Origin: Candidatus Omnitrophota bacterium
Lineage (GTDB): Bacteria > Omnitrophota > Gorgyraeia > Zapsychrales > JANLHA01
Direction of reading: 5' to 3'
NCBI GenBank assembly: GCA_022711395.1
Contig: JAKLFA010000002.1
Location: 195,864 to 259,863 of the forward strand
Length of the DNA stretch: 64,000 nt
Shown: positions 40,722-49,446 of the stretch, in pieces
Numbering within the stretch: the first letter of the stretch is position 1
Layout: every line of letters starts with the position of its first letter
Position numbers and translations under genes: made by a program
The notes under the pieces: model-generated
The model's input: only the letters and a program-made list of their open reading frames with translations
The model's database searches: none
Told to the model about the DNA's origin: nothing

Positions 40722-40781
40722 CCAAAAATAAAAAAGCCACTTCCGGCCAATTGACTGGAAATGGCTTTTCCCGCACAGGCG
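40722..40781 (-). terminator. strong rho-independent terminator (minus strand)
   Basis: Minus-strand RNA AAAAGCCAUUUCC-loop-GGAAGUGGCUUUU (13-bp stem, one G-U) followed by UUUUUUAUUUUU. Confidence 0.65.
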
Positions 40782-40818
40782 GAACAGTGATCAGCTGTCC
40801 CGTAAGTCTATTTTTATT

Positions 40819-41030
40819 TTATAACAGCGCCAATCTTTCTCAAGATGGTCGTTACCAAAATATGGAATAAATCGCGCTTACGATTCCATCATATGACAAC
40901 GCCAATCTTTCTCAAGGGGGTCATTACTACAAAATAGCAAATCGCCCTCTCACGCTTTCATCATATAACAGCGCGAATCTTTCTCAAGGGGGTCTTTACT
41001 ACAGAATAGTAATAATTATTTGGGGTGTTT
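40819..41030. repeat. three tandem 72-bp direct repeats, non-coding
   Basis: Period of exactly 72 nt (AATCT anchors at 40832, 40904, 40976); unit is about TATRACArCGCsAATCTTTCTCAAGrkGGTCdTTACyACArAATAGnAA.... It lies between the PD-(D/E)xK gene stop and the terminator. Confidence 0.6.
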
Positions 41031-41142
41031 TGGAGGGCTAAAAACAAAAAATCGCCCAGGAGAGCGACAAATGAACTATTAAGTATTACTTACAAGTTGA
41101 ACTATTAGGAATTACCGAATAGTTCCCACATTCTCATCTATC

Positions 41143-42399
41143 CTATGCCTTTATTACCAGATCGATAAATGGCTTCAAAGATAAAAAGGCCTGTTCGAAT
41201 AGGTCAATGGCTTTAGGCGTATGAATCACTTTTGATTCCTGATATGGGATTTCGATGCCGATCTCAAACTGAATGTTTGACTTTTTGCCGGTCATTACCG
41301 TATATGTGGTCTCCAGCCATTCTGGTTGATATTTTTGAGATTTGCTATACCCATCGCGAATGACAGTGCGCAAATCATAACGCAACACAGCATCTTCGAT
41401 AGGAGGACTGCTTTGGCTGGGATAGTGCCGCTGGAGTACTTTCGCATAAGGCTGAACAGCTGGATCAATATGTATAACCTTATCGACTTCTCGTGCTATT
41501 GAAAATATCAATTCATTAAAAGAATCCTGCCCTTGTCCAAAAACTAATTTTCTGATTGATCGTTTAACTGCATTTGGCAAAGTAATCAGCGCAACTGCTT
41601 TATCAGCATGAATCACTACGGTTAAATGTGGATACTTCGTAAAATTTTGTGCATCCTTTGAAACCTTGAGCCGCATAAAATCCCATACGCTCCAGCCTCT
41701 ATACGCTTTTATTGCCCCTCGGCCGGGCAATGCGGGGTCAACCCCCAATTTATGGATGCTTTGTTTGCTTTTCAATTCATCCATGAGAAGCCCCAAAACT
41801 CTCTTGGCTTCCAGATAATTAAATTGATAATCCTTGCTAAACGGAATGCCAGCAAAGCGAGTTAGCGTTCCTTCTTTAAGATAAGCCTTTTGAACCATTT
41901 TTGCCTCCGCAACTTCCATATACGTCAAAATCTGCTTAGCCCAGTCAGAATGCGCAGACTGAACTGTTAGCCATTCATAGAGCCGATTCCATGGCAATCC
42001 CACGACATTTGTAGGCAAGCTCTTTAAATTATCTTCCGTAGCAAGCACCAATAACGTGCTATCAGGGAATCCGCGCCGACTTGCAATCTTAAGATGCCTA
42101 TCAAGCTGATGTAAATCAACCCGTGAAGCGACTTTGCTTTCAATCAGCAATGCCCATCCATCATCTGTAAAGATCCATGCATCTGGTAAACCGCGGTCGC
42201 CAACTTCAGCTTCATCTAACTCTATATCGCCCGGCAAAGTCTGCTCAACAATGTGCACTCTTGACGCCTTGCCGAGTCGCTTGCCAGTAACCCAAAGAAT
42301 AAACGCTTTTAGTAAACGTTGATCCTTGGTCAGACCAGAAACAAGTGCGTGAGTGAGCCGATTTTCTGGCTGTGAATATTGATCAAATATATGCCTCAT
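41143..42399 (-). CDS. PD-(D/E)xK nuclease-fold protein with unknown C-terminal domain (candidate defence effector)
   Basis: 418 aa; the N-terminal roughly 130 aa carry E...PDAWIFTDDGWALLIESKV (PD ... ExK); the remainder has no recognisable motif. Last gene of the hsdR-hsdMS operon. Confidence 0.55.
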   Translation of the reverse strand: MRHIFDQYSQPENRLTHALVSGLTKDQRLLKAFILWVTGKRLGKASRVHIVEQTLPGDIELDEAEVGDRGLPDAWIFTDDGWALLIESKVASRVDLHQLDRHLKIASRRGFPDSTLLVLATEDNLKSLPTNVVGLPWNRLYEWLTVQSAHSDWAKQILTYMEVAEAKMVQKAYLKEGTLTRFAGIPFSKDYQFNYLEAKRVLGLLMDELKSKQSIHKLGVDPALPGRGAIKAYRGWSVWDFMRLKVSKDAQNFTKYPHLTVVIHADKAVALITLPNAVKRSIRKLVFGQGQDSFNELIFSIAREVDKVIHIDPAVQPYAKVLQRHYPSQSSPPIEDAVLRYDLRTVIRDGYSKSQKYQPEWLETTYTVMTGKKSNIQFEIGIEIPYQESKVIHTPKAIDLFEQAFLSLKPFIDLVIKA

Positions 42400-42411
42400 T
42401 TGGAACCTGAT

Positions 42412-43125
42412 TTATTCTGTTTCTGCGACGTATGCTTCGTTGTATTTTTCTGCGATCTTGCGCAACAATCTTTTCTTTCCTTTTGCCTTCCCAAGGAATG
42501 ACTCAAAATCAAAAGCTGAACATGCTTTCAGATCTTGTTTCGAAAAATAATTCTTTCTCAATAGACAATCTTCAAAATGCTGATAGTCATAATCCTCTTC
42601 TTGCAATGCTCTCTCAAAAATAGACAACAATACAGTCGACATTCGTTGCTGAATTTCTTCGATATATGACAAGATTTCGTTAATTTTATCGTCGATCTGT
42701 TCTTGCGAATTCAAGTAGACATTACCATTAACGTGAGCACTATCATTGCGAAGCTTGATAATCTCTTTGTATTTGCCGATCCTATCCTGCAATCCGATGA
42801 GCCTTAAAAAACGAATGAATTGAGATTCACCAATAACCCAAAAGCCAAATGGATCGGACACTTTGGTCAGATCGGACTCATGTCGATCAATACAACCAAT
42901 CAAGCACTTTGAGAAATCTTCGTGCCGAACTGTTTTAATCTTCCAAACACAAAAATACGTAAAAAGCATAAACAGCATGTGATACGCAATGAACGCGAAC
43001 TGATATTTTCCGTTTTCATAATTACATTTAAATGAATCCCATAAAAAAAGAAGGTATTCTTGCTCTTTCTCGCTCCGAAAATAGCTTGGCAAATATTCTA
43101 AGATATGTTGGGCGTCATCGATCAC
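42412..43125 (-). CDS. HEPN-like (Rx4H) / DUF4145-like protein, candidate abortive-infection component
   Basis: 237 aa; KLRNDSAHVNG contains an R-x4-H motif as in HEPN/DUF4145 proteins often linked to Type I RM loci. Hydrophobic stretch FAFIAYHMLFMLFTYFCVW; start overlaps the hsdMS stop (ATGA). Confidence 0.5.
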   Translation of the reverse strand: MIDDAQHILEYLPSYFRSEKEQEYLLFLWDSFKCNYENGKYQFAFIAYHMLFMLFTYFCVWKIKTVRHEDFSKCLIGCIDRHESDLTKVSDPFGFWVIGESQFIRFLRLIGLQDRIGKYKEIIKLRNDSAHVNGNVYLNSQEQIDDKINEILSYIEEIQQRMSTVLLSIFERALQEEDYDYQHFEDCLLRKNYFSKQDLKACSAFDFESFLGKAKGKKRLLRKIAEKYNEAYVAETE

Positions 43126-45623
43126 TTTTCACCCCAAATCTTAGAAATACGCTCACAAATTTTTGTTGAATATATGTCTATAATTCTTCGATTCGAATTA
43201 ACAAGCTGTTCCGTTTCATCTAAAAAAGTCACTACTTTTTTTTGCGTATCAATATCGGGAAGTAAAAACTTTAGCTTATAAGCGTCATTACGATTGAGAC
43301 CAGGTACACCAGCTTGAGTATTAACCTTATCGAGCCGCATTGATAGCATTTGATAATAAGCGAATTTCAGATCTAAAGAATCTATCTTGTTGATTTTGAC
43401 ATAAAAAGTGGTATCAATTGGGTATCCTGATTTTTCTGAGTATGTAACAGCACCCGCTGTTCCTTTTCTCCCCACTACAACAAAAGGCCCATCCACTAAA
43501 TATTCATTATGCCAGCCGACTATGCCATTAGACCCAAAAACGGGATATTCACCAGCGATTCTATTTTCCTCTTTAAGTGGCTTCCCGTATTCCAAAGACA
43601 GAACATCTCCTAATTCTACAACTGGCCATTCGGGATCAGAGTCAATACGCGGATTATAATTATCAGTAACCTGACGAGCCCCCGCAACAATCTTTTGATA
43701 ACTACTTAATTCTTCAACTATTTCTTCCTGTACAGTCATCGACGGGAGTGGGATTTTGATTTCTTTGACCTCTAGGCTAATACCTCCGATAATTCCTTTA
43801 ATATACGGCTTCAATTTTTGTTGGAAATCATCCGACCTGATGATTGCATAAAGATATTCCGGAAGGATATTCTGCCGAGCCCTTAATATAAAAACATGTT
43901 CATTTACAGCGGCGGCTTCGTTGCAGTCAAAATATCCAGTCTTTCCAGTTGTTGCGCCATCTTTGACAATTAGAACATCTCCTTTTTTTAGAATACCTTT
44001 CTTCATCGATTGGAAATGTTCATTAGTGACATATTTCATTTTTTCAAACAGGATATCACCATGTTCATTTATCTGCTCGCCCCCGATGCTCGGAATGCCC
44101 GACGAAACCGCGCCTCCTTTTTGTCGTGATCCGCTTTCTATATCAACAACATCTCCTAATTCAACCATCGGCCACTTAACGTTAACATGAGTTTCCTTTA
44201 ACCCATATCGTTCGCCACTCAAGTTGTATGTGCCGCCTTTTGCGATCTTGCTTTTTTCAATTACCTTTATTTTTTGCCATGCGTCATCTTTAAATTTGCC
44301 TTCTGAAATAACGGCCTTCTTGTATTCCATGATTGCGCGATATGCATCCGGCAAGTCATTTTCTTGTATCGGACGCCTCTGCGCGCCAAGATCAAAGCCA
44401 TCGTTTTCGATCTTCACGAATAAAAGATTATCCGTTTTCTTAACAAGCTGTTTGTCGAGCCACAATATGGACGTCTTAACGCCAGAGTATGGATTAAAAA
44501 GTCCAGCTGGAAGAGAGATAACTCCAACCAGATACTCTTCAACAAGCATTTTTCTAAGCTGCCTATAGGCTGTATCGTTTTGAAATATTATTCCTTCTGG
44601 AACAATGATTGCGGCACGCCCCATTGAAGTAAGATGCTCAGCCATATAATCCACAAAAAGCACCTCTGAGCGCTTGGATTGGACAGAAAAACGCTTATGT
44701 GGTTTTATCCCACCTTTAGGCGACATGAATGGAGGGTTTGCGAGAATGACCTCTGCTTTTTCATCCCATTTGTCGTCTCGCGTTAATGTGTCATACTCAT
44801 AAATTTTTGGGTTGCTAAAACCATGGAGATACATATTCACCAAAGACAATCTAACCATATCCGGAGAAATGTCATATCCTGAAATATTATCAACAAGCCG
44901 TTTGCGATCGTCAGAGGTTAATTTTTCCCCACGGTATCCTTTGCCATTAATCGTGATCTCCGAAAGCTTGATATTTTGAAGCTCAAATGGCTTTGGATCA
45001 TTCTTAGGATCATAGTTCTTCGAGTTATGCTTAATAATATATTTGTATGCGGATATCAAAAACCCGCCCGTTCCGCATGCTGGATCCAATATCTTTTCGT
45101 TCTTTTTGGGCTCCAGAATCTCTACCATAAAATCAATGATATTTCGCGGCGTTCTGAATTGCCCGGCCTCGCCTTGACTTCCTAATATCGAAAGCAAATA
45201 TTCAAAAGCATCGCCAAGACGCTCAGAGTGATCGTATTCAAACTCATTAATTTCTTTTAGAAAACTTTTAAGCGTTTCTGGGTCCCGATATGGCAAATAC
45301 GCGTTCTTAAAGATATCCCTAAATAACTGCGGGACATTGGGGTTTTGATTCATATTCTGTATTGCTTCGCCATACAGATTTACAATGTCATAGCCGCTTT
45401 TTTGAGGTGAAAAAACGTTACGCCACGAATAATCTTTAAATTTATCGGTAAAGAATTTTGCCTTACCGCGAGGCAATAGCTCTGCCTGCCTGTCCATGTC
45501 ATCCATAAACTTATAAATTAGGGCAATTGTAATTTGCTCAACTTGAGATTTAGGATCAGGCAATTTACCGACTAAAATGTCTCGCGCAGTATTTATTCGC
45601 CTTTTTGTAATGTCATCTAGCAT
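43122..45623 (-). CDS. hsdMS: Type I restriction-modification HsdM-HsdS fusion (N6-adenine methyltransferase plus two target-recognition domains)
   Basis: 833 aa; methylase motif I LDPACGTGGFL and motif IV NPPF; C-terminal half has two TRD-like repeats (WPMVELGDVVDIESG... and WPVVELGDVLSLEYG...). Confidence 0.8.
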   Translation of the reverse strand: MLDDITKRRINTARDILVGKLPDPKSQVEQITIALIYKFMDDMDRQAELLPRGKAKFFTDKFKDYSWRNVFSPQKSGYDIVNLYGEAIQNMNQNPNVPQLFRDIFKNAYLPYRDPETLKSFLKEINEFEYDHSERLGDAFEYLLSILGSQGEAGQFRTPRNIIDFMVEILEPKKNEKILDPACGTGGFLISAYKYIIKHNSKNYDPKNDPKPFELQNIKLSEITINGKGYRGEKLTSDDRKRLVDNISGYDISPDMVRLSLVNMYLHGFSNPKIYEYDTLTRDDKWDEKAEVILANPPFMSPKGGIKPHKRFSVQSKRSEVLFVDYMAEHLTSMGRAAIIVPEGIIFQNDTAYRQLRKMLVEEYLVGVISLPAGLFNPYSGVKTSILWLDKQLVKKTDNLLFVKIENDGFDLGAQRRPIQENDLPDAYRAIMEYKKAVISEGKFKDDAWQKIKVIEKSKIAKGGTYNLSGERYGLKETHVNVKWPMVELGDVVDIESGSRQKGGAVSSGIPSIGGEQINEHGDILFEKMKYVTNEHFQSMKKGILKKGDVLIVKDGATTGKTGYFDCNEAAAVNEHVFILRARQNILPEYLYAIIRSDDFQQKLKPYIKGIIGGISLEVKEIKIPLPSMTVQEEIVEELSSYQKIVAGARQVTDNYNPRIDSDPEWPVVELGDVLSLEYGKPLKEENRIAGEYPVFGSNGIVGWHNEYLVDGPFVVVGRKGTAGAVTYSEKSGYPIDTTFYVKINKIDSLDLKFAYYQMLSMRLDKVNTQAGVPGLNRNDAYKLKFLLPDIDTQKKVVTFLDETEQLVNSNRRIIDIYSTKICERISKIWGEK

Positions 45624-45637
45624 GATAATCCCCTCTT

Positions 45638-48160
45638 TTAAATAAACGTGTTTAATGGCACGTAATCTTTGACGTATTCAATAACCGGATCCATCCACCC
45701 GTCTAAATCATGCAAATCTTGCATGTTAAAACGCGGATTCGTGGCAAGTGAACTGAATTCACCTGTCTCCATTATCTGCTGGATTTCCTTATCCAAAATA
45801 TATGCCTTCATGAAATGCCCGATAATTGATACAAACTCCGGCTCCGGGTGATATATGGAAATAAATTTCTGAACTTCTTCTTCAAGGAGCTCGTCTTTAG
45901 TCTTAAATTTTTTGATTTTGCCAAAAATCTTTTCAAGGATTTCTTTCAGGCTCAATCTGCGGTCGAGTTTGATAGATTTTCTCAGTTTATCCAGATTGAA
46001 ATAATCCTCGGGCTTATCAAAAACTTTGTCTTTGATATACGCCTCGGCTTCTTCGTACTTTCCCTCATAAATCTTATTCTTAATGTGCTCATCATGGCTT
46101 ACGATTTCCTCGAACTTCTCGAAGAACTTTCTGTCAATTCGCATCCCTTCATAGCCTATGGGCGTCTCATCGATCCCAACAAGCGGATCAGGATTCACGT
46201 TTTCATACTCTCTCGGATTGGGTGGCGGAAAAGGCCCGGGCCCCGTAGTTCCGGGAGTTGTGGGCGGTAACGCAATAACCTCGTCATAGGGATATTTTTC
46301 TTCAAAATATTCACAGTTCGCAAAGAAATCAAACAGCTTAAATCGCTCTTTTTCTTTTTGAACTTCGTCTATGCCCCCGATACCATCTGGCTGTTTATAA
46401 GAAAACGTGTATTTTCGGGTTCCTCGACCTTTCATTTGAATAAAATCGGTGGGCGAGAAAATAGGGCGCATTAAACACAAATTGAGGATATCTTGACAAT
46501 CATATCCTGTGGTCATCATTCCAACCGTTACACACACCCGCGTCTTTGATGAATTATACCCATCCAAGAATTTCGAATTACCGCTAAGGCGGTTATTGGC
46601 GAAATTGATGGCCATTTGTTGAGAACCATCGATATTTGATGTAACCTGTACCGCAAAATCAGAGTTATATTTTTCGGGGAAATATTTATGTGCAAGCTCA
46701 TTTAAAATTTGCGTAATCTTTGAAGCGTGATTTTGGCTTACACAGAAACAAATCGATTTTCCTATTTCATTTGTAAGGGGATCCTTGAGAGCATTGTCCA
46801 AGAATGTCTTACACAGGGACAAATTTGTTTCTTCCGAAAACAGCCTTCGTTCGAAATCTTTTCCGAAAAAGATCTTCTTTTCAGACTCCCCGTCCTCGTT
46901 CTCTATTAATACAGCGTACCCTTCTTCAGAAAGCAACTGGGTTGTAATTTCTGTTCTTGCATCAACCACGATGGGATTGATTAAGTACCCGTCTTTCACT
47001 CCATCTAAAAGGGTATAACGAAAAGTGGGATCGGTATCTTTACATCCGAAAGTCGTATACGTATCTAAGAGCTGGCGCCTTTCCAGCGCCCTTGGGTCAT
47101 GGTGCGCCAGCTGTTGCTCATCAACGTTTCGCAAATAGTTTTTCGGTGTTGCCGTTAATCCTAATTTATAGCCCGTAAAATATTCGAAAACTGCCCGGCT
47201 ATTCCCACCTATTGACCTATGAGCCTCATCAGATATGACAAGATCAAAGTCTGTTGGGCAAAATAAATCCTTGTATTTATTTTTAAATAACAATGACTGA
47301 ACCGTCGAAACTACAATCTCCGCTTTTGTCCAATCATCCTTGTTCTCTTTAAAAATGACACATTTAAAGTCTTTCTTGAGGTAGGCTACAAAATTCTTCC
47401 ATGCTTGATCTTCCAGCTCGAGGCGATCAACCAAAAACAACACCCTTTTTGCGTTACTTGTTCTTAAAAACAACTTAATCACGGCCGCCGAAACAAGCGT
47501 TTTTCCTGTCCCAGTAGCCATCTCAAATAAAAATCTGTCTTTCCCTTGAGAAACCGCTTCTTGTATCGAATGTATAGCCTTTAACTGGTACTTTCTCAAA
47601 AAACGAAGACCGTTATCTTCAACAAAAGATTTTCTTTGGCTGGGATCGACCCACCGTGGATCTTTTGAATAATTCTGGTTTTGAGTTAAAACTATATAAT
47701 CCTCATCAATCTGTTCTCGAACGATTGCGTCGGGATTAGGCTTAAAAGATTTCTTATGCGTTATAGAGGCCGCTGTAGGGAATGTTGTTATAACATACGG
47801 ATTGCCCGATTCTATGTCCCAGAAGTAATGAAGATTTCCATTTGAAAGAATAATAAAACGAACATTTAAAGAATTGGCATACTGCCGAGCTTGCTCTTTA
47901 CCATCCAAAGGATTTTTGCTTTCACTCTTAGCTTCAAGCACACAAAGAGGAAAAGAATTTTTATCCATCAAAAGATAATCAGCGTACCCTTTGCTGGCTT
48001 TTTCAAAGTCCTCCCCCAGCTCATTAATGGCGATTTCCGTGATTGGCGTATTTACCTCCAGCCGAATGTTTGCTTTACCATTCTGATCGTCAAAAAAACG
48101 CCAACCGGAATCTTCTAGTAACTTATTGATCTTGATTCGTGCTTTAGCTTCTTTCGCCAT
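45638..48160 (-). CDS. hsdR: Type I restriction enzyme R subunit (HsdR family, short EcoEI-like form)
   Basis: 840 aa; N-terminal PD-(D/E)xK nuclease (D...CVLEAKSE), SF2 helicase motif I MATGTGKT and motif II ISDEAH, C-terminal helical domain. Confidence 0.8.
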   Translation of the reverse strand: MAKEAKARIKINKLLEDSGWRFFDDQNGKANIRLEVNTPITEIAINELGEDFEKASKGYADYLLMDKNSFPLCVLEAKSESKNPLDGKEQARQYANSLNVRFIILSNGNLHYFWDIESGNPYVITTFPTAASITHKKSFKPNPDAIVREQIDEDYIVLTQNQNYSKDPRWVDPSQRKSFVEDNGLRFLRKYQLKAIHSIQEAVSQGKDRFLFEMATGTGKTLVSAAVIKLFLRTSNAKRVLFLVDRLELEDQAWKNFVAYLKKDFKCVIFKENKDDWTKAEIVVSTVQSLLFKNKYKDLFCPTDFDLVISDEAHRSIGGNSRAVFEYFTGYKLGLTATPKNYLRNVDEQQLAHHDPRALERRQLLDTYTTFGCKDTDPTFRYTLLDGVKDGYLINPIVVDARTEITTQLLSEEGYAVLIENEDGESEKKIFFGKDFERRLFSEETNLSLCKTFLDNALKDPLTNEIGKSICFCVSQNHASKITQILNELAHKYFPEKYNSDFAVQVTSNIDGSQQMAINFANNRLSGNSKFLDGYNSSKTRVCVTVGMMTTGYDCQDILNLCLMRPIFSPTDFIQMKGRGTRKYTFSYKQPDGIGGIDEVQKEKERFKLFDFFANCEYFEEKYPYDEVIALPPTTPGTTGPGPFPPPNPREYENVNPDPLVGIDETPIGYEGMRIDRKFFEKFEEIVSHDEHIKNKIYEGKYEEAEAYIKDKVFDKPEDYFNLDKLRKSIKLDRRLSLKEILEKIFGKIKKFKTKDELLEEEVQKFISIYHPEPEFVSIIGHFMKAYILDKEIQQIMETGEFSSLATNPRFNMQDLHDLDGWMDPVIEYVKDYVPLNTFI

Positions 48161-48177
48161 AGTGCTTCCTTGAAATT

Positions 48178-48885
48178 TTATTTGTTTAAAATCCCTATGT
48201 AATCCTCAAAACTATAATAATTACTGCCGCCAACTATTATGTGATCCAGTAGCCTTACTTGCATGGTCTTGCCAGCTTCGAACAATTGTTTTGTGAAGTC
48301 CTTATCAGGTGTGCTTGGTGTTGTGTCGCCAGATGGATGGTTATGAACGCAGACAATCGACTTGGCGAATTTCTGTAATGCGGCATGAATGATCTCCCGG
48401 ACAATCGGGAACGCCTGATCAACAGTACCGACCGAAGCGTCTGAAATATCAATGATGCGGTTCTTGTTATCAAGATAAATAACCTTGAACACCTCTGTTT
48501 TAAGGTCGCGGAGCTGGGGCAAAACAATATCCACAACGTCCTTGGCAGAGGCGATCTTCTGCTTCCCGGTGGACACATCGTCCTGTCGATAGCGCCGCCC
48601 GATTTCAAGCGCGGCCTGAATATGGGCGATCTTGGCCCCGCCCAAACCCTTGAATTCCTTCCAGTCGCGGGCGTCGGTGTGGGCCATACTCCTGAATGAA
48701 CCGAACTTTGCGAGGATCTTGCGGGAAAGGTCGATGGCGCTTGTGCCTTTGGAGCCAGTGCGAAGCAGAATGGCTAGAAGCTCTGAATTACTCAAAGCTC
48801 CCGCGCCCTTCTTGAGGAGTTTCTCTCTCGGCCTGTCATCCTCCGGCCAAGTCTTTATGCCTGTAGCTTTTCTTTCCTTCACCAT
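48178..48885 (-). CDS. radC: RadC-like JAB-domain protein
   Basis: 235 aa; LSNSELLAILLRTG HhH N-terminus and JAMM-like HNHPSGDTTPSTPD motif. Confidence 0.8.
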   Translation of the reverse strand: MVKERKATGIKTWPEDDRPREKLLKKGAGALSNSELLAILLRTGSKGTSAIDLSRKILAKFGSFRSMAHTDARDWKEFKGLGGAKIAHIQAALEIGRRYRQDDVSTGKQKIASAKDVVDIVLPQLRDLKTEVFKVIYLDNKNRIIDISDASVGTVDQAFPIVREIIHAALQKFAKSIVCVHNHPSGDTTPSTPDKDFTKQLFEAGKTMQVRLLDHIIVGGSNYYSFEDYIGILNK

Positions 48886-48912
48886 TCTTCTCTTCTCTGT
48901 TCTTCACTATTT

Positions 48913-48964
48913 CTGCAACCAGTGGTTGCAGATTTTGAGCCAATTCTTGCACCAATGGTGCAAG
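48913..48964. promoter_or_regulatory. pair of 8-3-8 inverted repeats upstream of radC (candidate operator); a third exact copy at 50152-50172
   Basis: CTGCAACC-agt-GGTTGCAG (48913-48931) and CTTGCACC-aat-GGTGCAAG (48946-48964). The 21-mer TTCTTGCACCAATGGTGCAAG recurs exactly inside the DUF1016 CDS. Confidence 0.45.
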
Positions 48965-48977
48965 AAACACATTACTT

Positions 48978-49433
48978 CTAAGGGCGCTTATTATCGCGTT
49001 TATTATCACGTTTACCTGACTTGTTATCAGGTTTGGACGCTTGCCCTGTCTTATACTCCAACATTTCAAGCATGATCTTCCGGCGTTTCCGATCAGGCAC
49101 CAGATTTGAATGCTCTCCAAGATGCCGATACTGCCGACCGGTACGGCCATGGCTTCCACCGATGTTATAGATACTGCACCAAACGCTCCCATCGCAACTT
49201 GATAAGGTGCATTCTTTAAATATGGGGCAATGACGCGTTTCATATCGCCTTACAGCGTCCAAAAGCGCAGGGGTCGATAGCGGAATATTCGTCCTCGTGG
49301 AAGCATCGCGCATTGCCAAAGCAATCTCGTGATCGTATTCAGGGCACGTTAAGATAGTCTGCGCCGCTTCAGGCATGCCGACCTTTTTGAAAAATTTCGC
49401 TATGAGATTCTGATGTTTAATCGTGTATTCCAT
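48978..49433 (-). CDS. hypothetical protein (Cys-containing; basic Lys/Arg-rich C-terminal tail)
   Basis: 151-aa ORF; no family recognised. Confidence 0.35.
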   Translation of the reverse strand: MEYTIKHQNLIAKFFKKVGMPEAAQTILTCPEYDHEIALAMRDASTRTNIPLSTPALLDAVRRYETRHCPIFKECTLSSCDGSVWCSIYNIGGSHGRTGRQYRHLGEHSNLVPDRKRRKIMLEMLEYKTGQASKPDNKSGKRDNKRDNKRP

Positions 49434-49446
49434 ATAACCTGCTGAA

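Larger units (their letters stand above)
34071..41140 (-). mobile_element. integrated P4-like / integrative-plasmid-like element core (serine recombinase, Xis-like HTH, primase-helicase, iteron origin); defence cargo may extend to about 52150
   Basis: Recombinase overlapping the miaB 5' end, an excisionase-like HTH, a prim-pol/D5_N/SF3 primase, two iteron arrays, and a lower-GC region from about 43 to 48 kb. The right boundary was not identified. Confidence 0.55.

Noticed and set aside
40819-41030. Possible CRISPR array
   Set aside because: The 72-bp units are directly adjacent with no unique spacers and are mutually degenerate; no cas genes; not CRISPR.
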